Positions 38,269 through 48,685 of a DNA stretch of 64,000 nt are shown here, piece after piece. Source of the stretch: Longimicrobiales bacterium (GTDB taxonomy: Bacteria > Gemmatimonadota > Gemmatimonadetes > Longimicrobiales > Gaopeijiaceae). The notes under the pieces were generated by a model. It made no database searches. It had not been told where the DNA came from and worked only from the letters and a program-made list of their open reading frames with translations. The position numbers and the translations under genes were made by a program. The DNA lies in the NCBI GenBank assembly GCA_965238005.1, contig OZ250165.1:576001-640000 (forward strand), written 5' to 3'. The stretch's first letter is position 1, and every line of letters begins with the position of its first letter.

Positions 38269-39159
38269 TCACGGCTTCCACTCGGATGCCGGAGCTCCCG
38301 CCAGCTCCTCAGCCTCCGCCTTCCAGCTCCGGTACTCGTCTTTCGTCCAGCGGAAGAAGACGATGGAGATGGCGACCCAGAAGATGAGCATCCCGGGAAT
38401 CCACATGATCAGACCGCCGAGACGCTGGTCCTCCAACGGAGTGAGGGCCGTCACCCGCGGAGCCAGCTCGTACAAGGGATAGAGCATCTTGTCCGAGAGC
38501 GTGATGAACGCCGAGACCGCAGTGGACGGGATACCGAACGCGAAGACGTACATCATGAGCAGTGGCCCCGTGGGGATCCTCTCCAGCTCCGGCACCGGGT
38601 TGACCACGGCCCACCACATCATGGTGGCCACGGAGATGAACATGAGATGCTGTAGGATGTGGACGTCGTGGTTGGCCAGGGCGGCGTTGTAGATGGGAGG
38701 TAGGTGCCACCCGATGAAGACTACGTTGTAGGCGGCGAACGCCACCGCGGGATGGGTCAGCATGCGGCCCGCCTTCAGCACGGCCGGCCGCTCAAGGGCT
38801 TTGCTGATCAGCCAAGGCGGAACCCCCAGGATCAACAGCGGCGGCATGATGAGCATTAGCAGCATGTGCTGCACCATGTGGGCCGCGAACAGGTACTCGT
38901 CGCTGAGCGCGTGGAGGGGACCGTTCAGCGAAAAGAAGATGATCCCCACCCCACCCAGGTATGCCGCCATCCTCCACGGGCTCGCGCCCGTATCAGACCA
39001 TCCGAAATGCCTCCAAGCCGGCCCCACGGCTATGAGGTATATAGCCGCGAGGCAGACGCAGCCCACCAGAACGCTGACGTGGACCTCGAATCCGAAGATG
39101 ACGAAGTCGTCCCATCCTTCGCTCAGGAGGACGAGGCTCGGTAGAGTGGAAAGTGTCAC
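38269..39159 (-). CDS. ctaG: Cytochrome c oxidase assembly protein, Caa3_CtaG family
   Basis: YLFAAHMVQHMLL, WHLP, HILQHL, DQRLGGLIMWIPG. Confidence 0.9.
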   Translation of the reverse strand: MTLSTLPSLVLLSEGWDDFVIFGFEVHVSVLVGCVCLAAIYLIAVGPAWRHFGWSDTGASPWRMAAYLGGVGIIFFSLNGPLHALSDEYLFAAHMVQHMLLMLIMPPLLILGVPPWLISKALERPAVLKAGRMLTHPAVAFAAYNVVFIGWHLPPIYNAALANHDVHILQHLMFISVATMMWWAVVNPVPELERIPTGPLLMMYVFAFGIPSTAVSAFITLSDKMLYPLYELAPRVTALTPLEDQRLGGLIMWIPGMLIFWVAISIVFFRWTKDEYRSWKAEAEELAGAPASEWKP

Positions 39160-40451
39160 GCACGATCTGCTTGGGTGGGCATCAGCCTGGCATCGCGCCT
39201 GCCTACCTGATGCGGGTCACGAGGATCCTTCTCCAACGAGGTGCGAAGAGCTGCTACCGCCGCAGACGCTGCGGCCGCGAGCACCAGGGGCTCGGAGGCC
39301 GTCACCCGGTCGAGAGCGGCGCTCAGATCGGCCACGAGGTCCTCCGCGGCCTCGATCCCCACGGAAAGTCGCACCAGGCTGTCCCCGACGCCGGCGACGG
39401 CCCTCGCCTCCTCGTCCATGGCGGCATGGGTCATGGTCGCCGGATGACAGACCAGGCTCTCGACGCCACCCAGCGACTCCGCCAGGGTGAACAGCTCCAG
39501 GCCGTCCAGGAAGGCCTTCACCTGCTCCCTTCCGCCCTCCAGCTCGAAGCTGACCATCCCGCCGAAGCCGGATTGCTGGGATGCCGCGATGCCGTGCCCC
39601 GGGTGGTCCTCGAGGCTGGGGTGATAGACGCGGCTCACGGCCGGATGCTCCTTCAAGGCACCCACGATGGCACGGCCGTTGGTCTCATGCAGCCGCATAC
39701 GGGCGTGCAGGGTCCTGATTCCCCTCATGGTGAGAAACGAGTCGAAGGGCGAACCGGTCACGCCCAGGGCGTTGGCCCACCACGCCACCTCCTCGGCCAG
39801 GTCCGCCGTCCGGGCGATCACGGCGCCACCGACGACGTCCGAGTGCCCGTTCAGGTACTTGGTCGTCGAGTGGACGACCAGGTCGGCCCCCAGCTCGATG
39901 GGCCGCTGCAGCACCGGCGAGAGGAAGGTATTGTCGACCACCACCAGGGCGTCCACGGTGCGGGCCCGCCGAACGATGTCCGCGATGTCGACCACTCGAA
40001 GCAAAGGATTGCTCGGCGTCTCCACCCAGATCATGCTCGGCTCGTCCGCGAAGGCCTCGTCCAGCCGGCTCGGGTCGGTCTGATCGATAAGCTCCAGCCG
40101 GAACTGGCCCTTCCGCGCCAAGCTCGTCAGGAGCCGGTGGGTCCCTCCGTAACAGTCGTGGGGCGCCAGGATGAGGTCGTCCGGTCCCAACAGCTGCAGG
40201 ACCGTCGTCACCGCCGCCATGCCCGAGGCGGTCACCACGGCGCCGTGACCGCCCTCGAGATCGGCCAGCGCCTCTCCCAGGATGTCCCGCGTGGGATTCC
40301 CCGAGCGGGTGTAGTCGTACCGGCGCTGTTCTCCCAGTCCCACGAAGGAGAAGGTGGACGAGAGATGGATGGGCGGGATCACGGCTCCGTGTTCCCGGTC
40401 CACGGCCACTCCCGCACAAGCGGCACGGGTCTCGCTGCGGCGCTCAGGCAT
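39156..40451 (-). CDS. metB: Cystathionine gamma-synthase
   Basis: YDYTRSGNPTR, ETPSNP, DNTF, HSTTKYLNGHSD (PLP Lys), AESLGGVESL. Confidence 0.92.
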   Translation of the reverse strand: MPERRSETRAACAGVAVDREHGAVIPPIHLSSTFSFVGLGEQRRYDYTRSGNPTRDILGEALADLEGGHGAVVTASGMAAVTTVLQLLGPDDLILAPHDCYGGTHRLLTSLARKGQFRLELIDQTDPSRLDEAFADEPSMIWVETPSNPLLRVVDIADIVRRARTVDALVVVDNTFLSPVLQRPIELGADLVVHSTTKYLNGHSDVVGGAVIARTADLAEEVAWWANALGVTGSPFDSFLTMRGIRTLHARMRLHETNGRAIVGALKEHPAVSRVYHPSLEDHPGHGIAASQQSGFGGMVSFELEGGREQVKAFLDGLELFTLAESLGGVESLVCHPATMTHAAMDEEARAVAGVGDSLVRLSVGIEAAEDLVADLSAALDRVTASEPLVLAAAASAAVAALRTSLEKDPRDPHQVGRRDARLMPTQADRA

Positions 40452-41424
40452 GATGAGCCTCCACGTCGAGGACGTTACGGACCAGACGGCTCACCACCTG
40501 GTGCTCCTTGAGGAATGCGTCGTGACCGAAGTGGGATGCGATCCTGATGGCCCGGCCCGAGCTCGGCAGTCTTCGCGCCAGCTCGGCCACCAGCCAGGGC
40601 GGTACGAGCGTGTCGGAGTCCACCGAAACGACGGTCGTGGCAACGGTGATGTCCTCAGGCTCCACCCGATGAAGGTCGAGTGACTGGGACAGGATCCCGA
40701 AGGCGTTCGCGTCGAAGCGACGGCTGAATCTCTCGCCCTGGACGTCGAGGTACTCCTCCACGGCGAATCGCGGGAGGCCATCCTCCCAGCTGGGTGAGGA
40801 CACGAAGCGCTGCTCGAACTCCTCCGGAGTCCGATAGGTCGTCATGGCCAGGGCCCTGGCCAGAGCCAGTCCCTCCGTCTCCCGGCCCGCCTCCGCGGAG
40901 AGAGCGACGATACGGCGCTGGAGCACCCGGAGGCCCACGGCCATGGGATGCGAGCGGTGGGCCGCACAGAGCATCAGAAGTCGTTCGACCCGCTCCGGGT
41001 AGAGCACACCCAGGGCCAACCCCACCATTCCTCCGTACGACGCGCCCACGAAGCCGTGGAGCTTCTCGATCTCCAGGTGGTCGAGCACGGCGGCCACGGC
41101 CCGGGCCTGATCCTCCGTGGTCACGACGGGGACGCCGGACTCGATGGGAGAGGGGCCGCCGGAGTCCCCCGCACCGCCGAGCCAATCGATGCCCACGATG
41201 CGGTACCGCTCCGGATCCAGAGCGACGCCCGCACCTACCACGCCCGGCCACCAGCCCTCGGTCCCGTCCGGCTTGCCGCAGACGAAACGATGGGCCGAGA
41301 TGCCACCGAGCACGAAGACGGCAGCAGCCTCTTCCGGGCCGTACGAGGCGTAGGCCACCATGTCTCCCGCAGCGGAGCCGTGGAGGGCCACCGTCCCCAA
41401 CGGCGGCGCCGCCACGGCCCTCAT
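40444..41424 (-). CDS. metX: Homoserine O-acyltransferase, MetX family (succinyl or acetyl)
   Basis: LGGISA, GWWPG, GASYGG nucleophile motif, FGHDAFLKE; ATG at 41424. Confidence 0.85.
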   Translation of the reverse strand: MRAVAAPPLGTVALHGSAAGDMVAYASYGPEEAAAVFVLGGISAHRFVCGKPDGTEGWWPGVVGAGVALDPERYRIVGIDWLGGAGDSGGPSPIESGVPVVTTEDQARAVAAVLDHLEIEKLHGFVGASYGGMVGLALGVLYPERVERLLMLCAAHRSHPMAVGLRVLQRRIVALSAEAGRETEGLALARALAMTTYRTPEEFEQRFVSSPSWEDGLPRFAVEEYLDVQGERFSRRFDANAFGILSQSLDLHRVEPEDITVATTVVSVDSDTLVPPWLVAELARRLPSSGRAIRIASHFGHDAFLKEHQVVSRLVRNVLDVEAHHA

Positions 41425-41621
41425 GACGGCCTCCCCGAGCCCACGGGGAAGTCGGTCACGCCTGCGAGCGTGTGGCCCGTGTGGCCGAGGAGGCCCAAGA
41501 AGGCGCACCCTACGCGACCTGGTCCGAGCAGGTGAACGGTGGGCGAAGGTCCGGTGGTCCGGTAGGCGTCGAGGGTCGCTGTCGACAAGCGACGGCCCGA
41601 GACGCCGATCTGCTGGCTCAT
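41421..41621 (-). pseudogene. Truncated homoserine dehydrogenase-like N-terminus (66 aa)
   Basis: Rossmann start VHLLGPGRVGCAFL...LAGVTD, then immediate end; first gene behind the SAM riboswitch with a strong AGGAG SD. Confidence 0.55.
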
Positions 41622-41725
41622 GCTTCTCACTCCTGTTCCATGACCGTGGGGAACGAGGAGCGCTGGCGGATGATCCGATCGCACCGGAAGCCACGACCAG
41701 GGAAGGTCGGGGACTCGGACGCGAG

Positions 41726-41842
41726 TTCATCTTTCGGTGAACCTTGGTTCCCGCAGGACTTGGCACCGTTTCGAGGGCTGCGTAATCCCCCGAAGGTTGC
41801 CCCGGCGTCGTAGGGCCTGCCCCTCAGCCGGTCTCGATGATG
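41726..41842 (-). ncRNA. SAM-I (S-box) riboswitch
   Basis: Minus strand ATCGAGA..GAGGG CAGGCCC..GAC..GCAACC..GGTGCCAAGTCC..GAAAGATGA matches SAM-I core motifs; upstream of metX-metB. Confidence 0.9.
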
Positions 41843-41962
41843 ACCCGGAGGATATACGACGTGCTGGGATGGGTCAATGGGGACGAACCGAGCGGAGGTC
41901 TCGGAGGACTGCTTCGTCGCGTCGCGACCGACCCGGCCGCACCCCACTACTCGGACAGGCTC

Positions 41963-42304
41963 CTACACGCCCACCACGTCGAAGCGGGGCAGGAACTGGT
42001 ACAGGACGATCATCATCACCACCACGAACACCGCCAAGGAGAGTCCCGCGAGGAAGAGTACCGAGAACACCTTGCTGTCGGACTTCAGGTGCATGAAGAA
42101 CATGACGACCATGGCGAACTTGGCCGTGGACAGCACCAGGAGAATGGGGACCAGGACGGGAGCCAAAGCCTCGATGTAGAAGATTGCCACCTCGACCGCC
42201 GTGATGACCGTCAGTATCCCCGCGATCAGCCAGTAGAAGCCGATGGAGCCGTGTCTACCCTCGTGCGGATCGTGTACCGTGGCCGTGGCTTCAGCGCTGC
42301 TCAT
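41963..42304 (-). CDS. caa3-type cytochrome c oxidase subunit IV
   Basis: LTVITAVEV...KFAMVVMFFMHLKSD. Confidence 0.9.
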   Translation of the reverse strand: MSSAEATATVHDPHEGRHGSIGFYWLIAGILTVITAVEVAIFYIEALAPVLVPILLVLSTAKFAMVVMFFMHLKSDSKVFSVLFLAGLSLAVFVVVMMIVLYQFLPRFDVVGV

Positions 42305-42335
42305 GACTCTCTCTGCTCCAAGTAGGCTGCTGATT

Positions 42336-42929
42336 CTACTGAATCAGGTAAACGAGGGTGAAGATCACGATCCAGACGATGTCCACGAAGTGCCAGTACA
42401 ACCCCGCGATCTCGACCTGGAGTGCCTTGGCCGGCGGCAGCTCGTTCATGAGCGACCGGATGAAGAGTGTCGCAATCCAGATCACGCCCACCGTGACATG
42501 CGCCCCGTGGAAGCCCGTGAGCACGAAGAACGACGATCCGAACACGTTCTGCTGTATCGTGAGCCCCTCGTGGACGAAGTGGGTGAACTCGTAGACCTGG
42601 AATCCCAGAAAAATGGAGCCCAAGACGATCACGCCCGCCAGCGAGATGAGGGTGTTCCTCTTGTTGCCCTTCCGCACCTGGTCCAGGGCCAGCACCATGG
42701 CCGTGGAGCTCATGAGGAGCACGAAGGTGCTGATGCTCGTGAGCGGGATGTTGAGGATCTCTCCCGGGAAGGGCCCGCTGACGCTGGCGCCCTTGTATAC
42801 CATGTACGTGGTGATCAGCGTCCCGAAAAACAGACACTCCGAGCCCATGAACGCCCAGAAGCCGACCTTCCAACTGTCCAGGCCCGTGGACGTGTAGTAG
42901 TGGTCCTGCACGGCAACCGCCTCGGCCAT
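42336..42929 (-). CDS. coxC: Cytochrome c oxidase subunit III (caa3 operon)
   Basis: FMGSECLFF, TGFHGAHV, GLYWHFVDIVW. Confidence 0.93.
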   Translation of the reverse strand: MAEAVAVQDHYYTSTGLDSWKVGFWAFMGSECLFFGTLITTYMVYKGASVSGPFPGEILNIPLTSISTFVLLMSSTAMVLALDQVRKGNKRNTLISLAGVIVLGSIFLGFQVYEFTHFVHEGLTIQQNVFGSSFFVLTGFHGAHVTVGVIWIATLFIRSLMNELPPAKALQVEIAGLYWHFVDIVWIVIFTLVYLIQ

Positions 42930-42937
42930 CTATCGAA

Positions 42938-44739
42938 TCATCCCTTCTGGGCGAACGGGTCTTCGAACGCCCAGTTGAATACGCAGAACATCGTGTACGC
43001 CAATCCGGCCAGGGGCGCCCACCAGAACCCCGTCAGGAGAACTCCCCAGGTCACGGCCACACCCAGAGCCGTCAGGATCGGCCAGTACGACCCGTTGGGC
43101 ATGACCGGCTCGACGTCGGGGATCTGCGTGACCACCGCCTCGAGCTCTCTCTTTTCGTCTTCGTGCCAGAGCGGCTCCCGGCTCTGGATGGTGGGGAGCA
43201 CGGGGAAGTTGTAGTGGTGCGGGGGCGACGGGATCGACCACTCCAGCGTCGACGCACCCCAGGGATTCGGTCCGGCGTCGGCGCCCTTCACGGCGCTCCA
43301 TACGATGTTCCACACCATGACCAGGGCGCTGAACGCGAATACGAAGGCCCCGATGGTCGAGAGCTCGTTGAACCCCTCGATGTTGAGCTCGGCGGCCTAG
43401 GTCCAGGTACGCCGTGGCATCCCGTACATCCCGCTCAGGTGCATGGGGAAGAAGGTGAGGTTGAACCCGATGAAGTAGGTCCAGAAGCTCAGCCGTCCCA
43501 GCGCCACGCTCATCATCCGCCCCGTCACCTTGGGGAACCAGTAGTGGATCCCCGCGAACATCCCCGCCAGGACCCCGCCGGCTATCACGTAGTGGAAGTG
43601 TGCCACCACGAAGTAGGTGTCGTGCTGCTGAAGATCGACGGGAGCCGAGGCGTGCATGATGCCGCTCAGCCCGCCCACCGTGAAGATGGCGATGAGGCCG
43701 ATGCAGTAGAGCATAGGCGTCGTGAACCGGATCTGGCCGCCCCACATGGTCGCGATCCAGTTGAAGATCTTCACCGCCGTAGGAATGGCGATGATCATGG
43801 TGGAGGCGACGAAGAAGGCGTCGGCGATGGGGCCGAGGCCCGTCGTGAACATGTGGTGGCTCCACACGCCCCAGCCGATGAATCCGATGAGGATTCCGGC
43901 GTAGACCACCACCGGGTAGCCGAACAGGGGCTTTCTGGAGAAGGTCGGAATGACGTCGGAGACGATCCCGAAGGACGGGAGGATCAGGAGGTAGACCTCC
44001 GGGTGTCCGAAGAGCCAGAAGAGGTGCTGCCAGAGGACCGGGTCGCCGCCCGCCGTGGGAACGTAGAAGTTGGCCCCGAAGAACCGGTCGAAGAGCAGGA
44101 GGATCAGGGCCACCGCGATGACGGGAAGAGCGGTCACGATGATGAAGCTGGTGACCAGGGTCATCCACGTCATCAAGGGCATGCGCATGAGGTTCATGCC
44201 GGGCGCCCTGAGGTTGACGATCGTGGTGATGAAGTTCACCCCGCCCATGATCGAGCTCACACCCAGAATCGAGAGGCCCAACATCCAGAAATCCACGTTG
44301 TGGCCAGGCGAGAATTGGCTCGACGTCAGGTTCGCGTACCCGACCCAGCTCGTGTTGGGAGCCATCCCGAAGAGCCAGCTCGAGTTCAGGAAAATCCCTC
44401 CGAAGAGGAACACCCAGAACGAGAGGGCGTTCATGCGTGGAAAAGCGACGTCCCGAGCCCCGATCTGGAGCGGGACCACGTAGTTGAAGAACGCCACAGC
44501 GAGCGGCATGGCCACCAGGAAGATCATGGTGGTACCCCATGCATCGTGAACAGTTGGTTGTACGTCTCCGGCGTGACGAAGTCGTTCTCCGGCCGCCAGA
44601 GCTGAATCCGGATCATGATCGCCTCGATCCCTCCGATGATCAGGAAGACTAGGGAGGCGACGAAGTACATCACGCCGATCCGCTTGTGATCGACGGTGGT
44701 GATCCAGCTCCAGATGCCGGTGCTATGAGCTTCCGACAT
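42938..44739 (-). pseudogene. coxA: Cytochrome c oxidase subunit I (caa3), disrupted by a frameshift and a nonsense codon
   Basis: An extra base in the run at 44535-44538 breaks TMHG-TTMIF; in-frame TAG at 43397-43399 after GMPRRTWT; the reading frame continues to 42938. GHPEVY, WSHHMF and AHFHY are retained. Confidence 0.88.
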
Positions 44740-44762
44740 CTCTATTCGGTCTCACCCGTCAT

Positions 44763-45917
44763 CTACCGGAGGCTGCTCAAGTAGGCTGCGATGGCCCGGA
44801 CCTGATCCTCCGACAGGTTCGTGGCGGGGAAGCCTCCCCCGCCCACCTGCGCTCCGGGCATCCGTGCGCCGGGCTTCACTTCATGGGGTGCGCTGATCCA
44901 CCGGAAGAGATTCTCCGGGGTGTTCACGAGGAGCCCGGCGCCGATGGTGCTCCGGCTGCCGAGGCGCGTCAGGTTGGGCCCGATGATGCCCTGGGCCGGC
45001 GTCCCCTGGATCGAGTGACACGCGATGCAGGTGGACTGGAAGAAGAAGACGGTCCGGCCCTCGGTCACCAAAGGATCCTCTTGGACCACGGGCTGACCCG
45101 TGGCGGAGTCTACGGCCGGCGCGTTAGCCGTGGGACCGGGGGTCTGCCAGGTGTCGACCCAGGCGTCGAAGTCGGCCAGGGACTCGGCCACCACACGGGT
45201 TCGCATGAGCGAGTGGGCCTCGCCGCAGAACTCGGCGCACTGCCTCAGGAAGGTGCCTTCTTCATTGATGGTGAAGTACAGCCAGTTGTACCGGGCTTCC
45301 CGGCCCTCGGGCACCCTGCGCAGGGGGTTCACGTCCCGCTTGCCGCCCAGCTGCGGCACCCAGAACGAGTGGATGACGTCAACCGAGGACATCTTGAGGG
45401 TGATGGGCTGGCCCACCGGGAGGTGCATCTCGTTCGCGGTCGTCACCCCCAGCTCGGGATACCGGAACTCCCACCAGTACTGATGCCCCACGACCTCCAC
45501 CACGAGAGCGCCCTCGTCGGCGGCATGAGGAGTCTGCGTGCGGAATACGGCTTGGATGGTGGGTATGGCGATGGCCACGACGATAAGGGCGGGCGCGATG
45601 GTCCAGGCGATCTCCATGCCCAGATGGCCGTGAATCTGCCTCGGATGCGGCCGGTCCGGGTTCTCCCGGAACTTGACCACCACGTACGCGAGAACCGACC
45701 AGACCACCGCCAGGATGATCATGGTCCACCAGAACACGCTCACGTATAGCGAGTGGATCGTATCCGCGAAGTCGGTCTTCGGATCGAGGGTAGACTGGGG
45801 GTACTCGCCCTGGCACGCGGCGGCGAGAAGCACCGCCATCAGGACCAGGGCATAGCCGGCCCTGGGGGGGCTCAGCGCGGTCCTCAGTGCGGACCGAGCC
45901 GATGTTGGGAACCTCAT
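44763..45917 (-). CDS. coxB: caa3-type cytochrome c oxidase subunit II with fused cytochrome c (lipoprotein)
   Basis: Lipobox LAAAC, DVIHSFW, CAEFCGEAHSLM, C-terminal CIACH. Confidence 0.92.
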   Translation of the reverse strand: MRFPTSARSALRTALSPPRAGYALVLMAVLLAAACQGEYPQSTLDPKTDFADTIHSLYVSVFWWTMIILAVVWSVLAYVVVKFRENPDRPHPRQIHGHLGMEIAWTIAPALIVVAIAIPTIQAVFRTQTPHAADEGALVVEVVGHQYWWEFRYPELGVTTANEMHLPVGQPITLKMSSVDVIHSFWVPQLGGKRDVNPLRRVPEGREARYNWLYFTINEEGTFLRQCAEFCGEAHSLMRTRVVAESLADFDAWVDTWQTPGPTANAPAVDSATGQPVVQEDPLVTEGRTVFFFQSTCIACHSIQGTPAQGIIGPNLTRLGSRSTIGAGLLVNTPENLFRWISAPHEVKPGARMPGAQVGGGGFPATNLSEDQVRAIAAYLSSLR

Positions 45918-45961
45918 CTCGATGTCTTGGCTAGCTGGTACTCGTCCAAGGCGGTAGAGCG

Positions 45962-46219
45962 TCAAGGAAGGTGATCGACCTCGATGGCCTCGTCGATGAG
46001 CATGATAGGAATGTCTTCGCGGACCGGGTAAAGCACCTTCCCGTCCTCGCGGACCAAGCCCTCGTCTACCGGATCTTCGACCGCATCGCCGCCACGGTTG
46101 GCCACCTGACCGGACCGGATGGCTGCGTTGAGCCGCTCCAGCAGGTCGGCATCCGCGGGCCTCACCGGCTGCCGCGTCTCCGGGCAGACCAGGATCTCCA
46201 GCAGCTCAGGATCAACCAT
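45962..46219 (-). CDS. Trm112-family protein
   Basis: MVDPELLEILVCPE...YPVREDIPIMLIDEA. Confidence 0.9.
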   Translation of the reverse strand: MVDPELLEILVCPETRQPVRPADADLLERLNAAIRSGQVANRGGDAVEDPVDEGLVREDGKVLYPVREDIPIMLIDEAIEVDHLP

Positions 46220-46336
46220 GGGAACGCCTTTGTTAAGCACCGGTATTGAATGCGGACCGCTCAGCGATTGGTATGCAGTCCGGAAAACTATCAGCATCGG
46301 CCTTGATGGGGGAGTCGGTTCACAACGTGGAGTGAC

Positions 46337-46861
46337 ATGAGAGCGTTCACGATCATGCTTGGCGCAGCGGCGTGGACGCTCCCTCCGGCGTCGGGCTCGA
46401 GTTCTGGGGCGGGCGGGTTCTCACCGGCGGACGTGCTCTCGACGGCGCAGCGGGTCGCGACCGCAGCGATCGACCCACGGCCGGACGTCGCCCTCATCGT
46501 CTTCGACGCCGACACCGTTCTGGCCGAGGTGATGGATACCCCTACCGAGCGCAGTGACGGCCTCAAGTTCCGCGACGAGCTGCCGGACGGGAGGGGCATG
46601 CTCTTCGTGTACGAGAGCGAGGAGTATCGCTCCTTCTGGATGAAGGACACATACATCGCTCTCGACATCGCCTTCCTTGATGTGAGCTTCCGGATCGTGG
46701 ATATCCAGCAGATGGAGCCGCAGACGGAGGACCTCCACAACAGCACCGCACCCGCCATGTTCGCCCTCGAGGTCCGGAAGGGGTGGTTCGCGGAGAGGGG
46801 CATCCAGGTGGGAGAGCAAGCGAAGGTGGTCTTCGACCCGCCCGGCGTGAGGATCAATTAG
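46337..46861 (+). CDS. DUF192 domain protein
   Basis: GLKFR..LP..GMLFVY..FWMKDT..LDIAF..ALEV. Confidence 0.9.
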   Translation: MRAFTIMLGAAAWTLPPASGSSSGAGGFSPADVLSTAQRVATAAIDPRPDVALIVFDADTVLAEVMDTPTERSDGLKFRDELPDGRGMLFVYESEEYRSFWMKDTYIALDIAFLDVSFRIVDIQQMEPQTEDLHNSTAPAMFALEVRKGWFAERGIQVGEQAKVVFDPPGVRIN

Positions 46862-47165
46862 GCGACCGCCAGGGCTTATCGGCCCCGACCCCGAGTCGGG
46901 GACGGCGGGTCCGTGATCCGTCGGGCAGCTCTCAGTCTGGCTGCGACTGATCGAACTCAAGGGCACTGCGCGAAGCGTGGTCGGGAATGGGTTCCGGAAC
47001 GGCGGGGTCGAACCCATCGGTCTGATCGAACCCGAAGATGCCCTGGGGCGGCGCCCGAGCCGGAGACAGTGGAGAGGATCGCGTGCCAGCATTGCACCCC
47101 GGTTCTTCGTGGAACTCGCCCGATTCTGCCGGGACCCGCAGGACCACCTCGAGAAGCTGGTCCAG

Positions 47166-47308
47166 TCCCCCGTCGCCTGCTCCGGACTCACATAGGCGGC
47201 TGTTCCGAGGCTGAGTCCTGCTTCGGTGAGCCTGGACCTACCTGCGGTCGTGACTGCCAGCGCGATCCCGAAGTCCGCGACGAGTGCGCGACCGTCCTGC
47301 AATAGGAT
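47166..47308 (-). pseudogene. Ser/Thr protein kinase remnant (activation segment only)
   Basis: LQDGRALVADFGIALA...RLTEAGLSLGTAAYVSPEQATG, with no flanking kinase subdomains. Confidence 0.75.
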
Positions 47309-47405
47309 GTGTTGAGGCGTGCGACGGCGTCAGACAGGGCGGACAAGATGCGTCAAAGGCGTATGCGGCGGCAAGCTTCCTAGGACGCCCGCCCCCGGCG
47401 CCCGT

Positions 47406-48305
47406 TCAATGCCGGTCGATTCGCACTCGGTATTCGTCACCCATATCTTCGATCACTTCCACAGTGACACCCGAGCTCCTGAACACGGATATACGGTCGT
47501 CCCCAAGGCCGTACGAGCCTTCGTAGAGCGGGCCGCAGGCTCCGCCAAAAACCAACGTCGGATCTCTGTCAGGGCGGGCCGATTGGACTATGATGGGGCC
47601 GCGGCCGCTCTCGATGTCCGCGTCTACCGAGTAAACGAGCACCCCCTCTTCGCAAATGCGAGAGTCGAACCCACGAGCCCGTCGCAGCTCCACCACCAGT
47701 GCGCTTGTCAAGCTCGTGGGGAGAACGAGGGACTGCGTTCCACTGGCGGCATCGAAAGGGAAGACGGTGCGCTCGACGCTCGCCGCTGGGAGGCAATCGA
47801 TCCGGTCGGTATCCAGCCATGTGAGCTTCCGTTTATGCCAACTGACGAAGTGGGTACCGAGACCCTGCCACGCCATCGGGTCCCACATACCCGCTGCCGC
47901 GTGTGAGGCCAGCCAGTTGGGCTGCTGGTACAGGTAGAGATCAGGCAGCCCGAGCATGTGTCCGGTCTCGTGGACGGTGGTGAACGCACCGTAGTCCGGA
48001 GGACTCGTGTTACGGATATCCGCTCCGAAGGTAACGCCGGAACGGATCTCGACGCCGTCCAGCACGACCCCGTCGCCTCGGAAATTACGGAAGGTGGGCG
48101 AGACCTCCTGGTTGGCGCCACGACTGGCGACGATGAAGACAGCGTCGTACGGACTGAAATCGACGGTCGGGTCTGCGAGATCGGTGACCTGCGATATGTA
48201 GAGGCGGTGACCGGTAAAGGTGCTCCAGTCGTAGGACCCGGAGGGCTGCGGCGCACGGAACCATTGGTCGACGCGGTCCACCGACAACGAAAACCTCCCG
48301 GTGGA
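47406..48305 (-). pseudogene. M6-family metalloprotease domain, N-terminally truncated
   Basis: HETGHMLGLPDLY, WDPM, WHKRKLTWL; no signal peptide; directly abuts a rhodanese fragment. Confidence 0.7.
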
Positions 48306-48631
48306 AGGGACCACACGAGCCGGGCAGACGGCAGACCCCAGTGGTCGTCGTACGCGACCACGACATCCCGATTGGAAATACCGAGTCGGGACATGGCGCG
48401 CTCGAATTCTGCCGGCGGTAACACCATGTTGTCACACCCGTCCCGACCGCCGCCGAGGTGCTCGAGGTCGAGTTGGGCGGCGGCGGGAATGTGCCCGGCG
48501 TCATACGCTTCGCGATCCCGGAGATCTACTGCACGCACCAGCGGATCGTGGATGCGCTCCCCCATCCAACCCGGGTCGACGAGAAGGTCCGGTACGGCTG
48601 TCCGACGTCCATCGTCTGGATTCACTACCAT
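48306..48631 (-). pseudogene. Sulfurtransferase (rhodanese) N-terminal fragment
   Basis: LLVDPGW...VDLR..YDAGHIPAA...LGISN..VVAYDD...ARLVWSL, then homology ends. Confidence 0.72.
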
Positions 48632-48685
48632 AGATTGTCGCCTGGGCCGAGTCGGTCCGGATACGGGCGGCCTAACGGTAAGACT

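Noticed and set aside
43397..43399. TAG read-through (pyrrolysine or recoding) in caa3 coxA
   Set aside because: The gene also has a frameshift, TAG is the normal stop of many genes here, and the position corresponds to Tyr (a single-base change from TAC).
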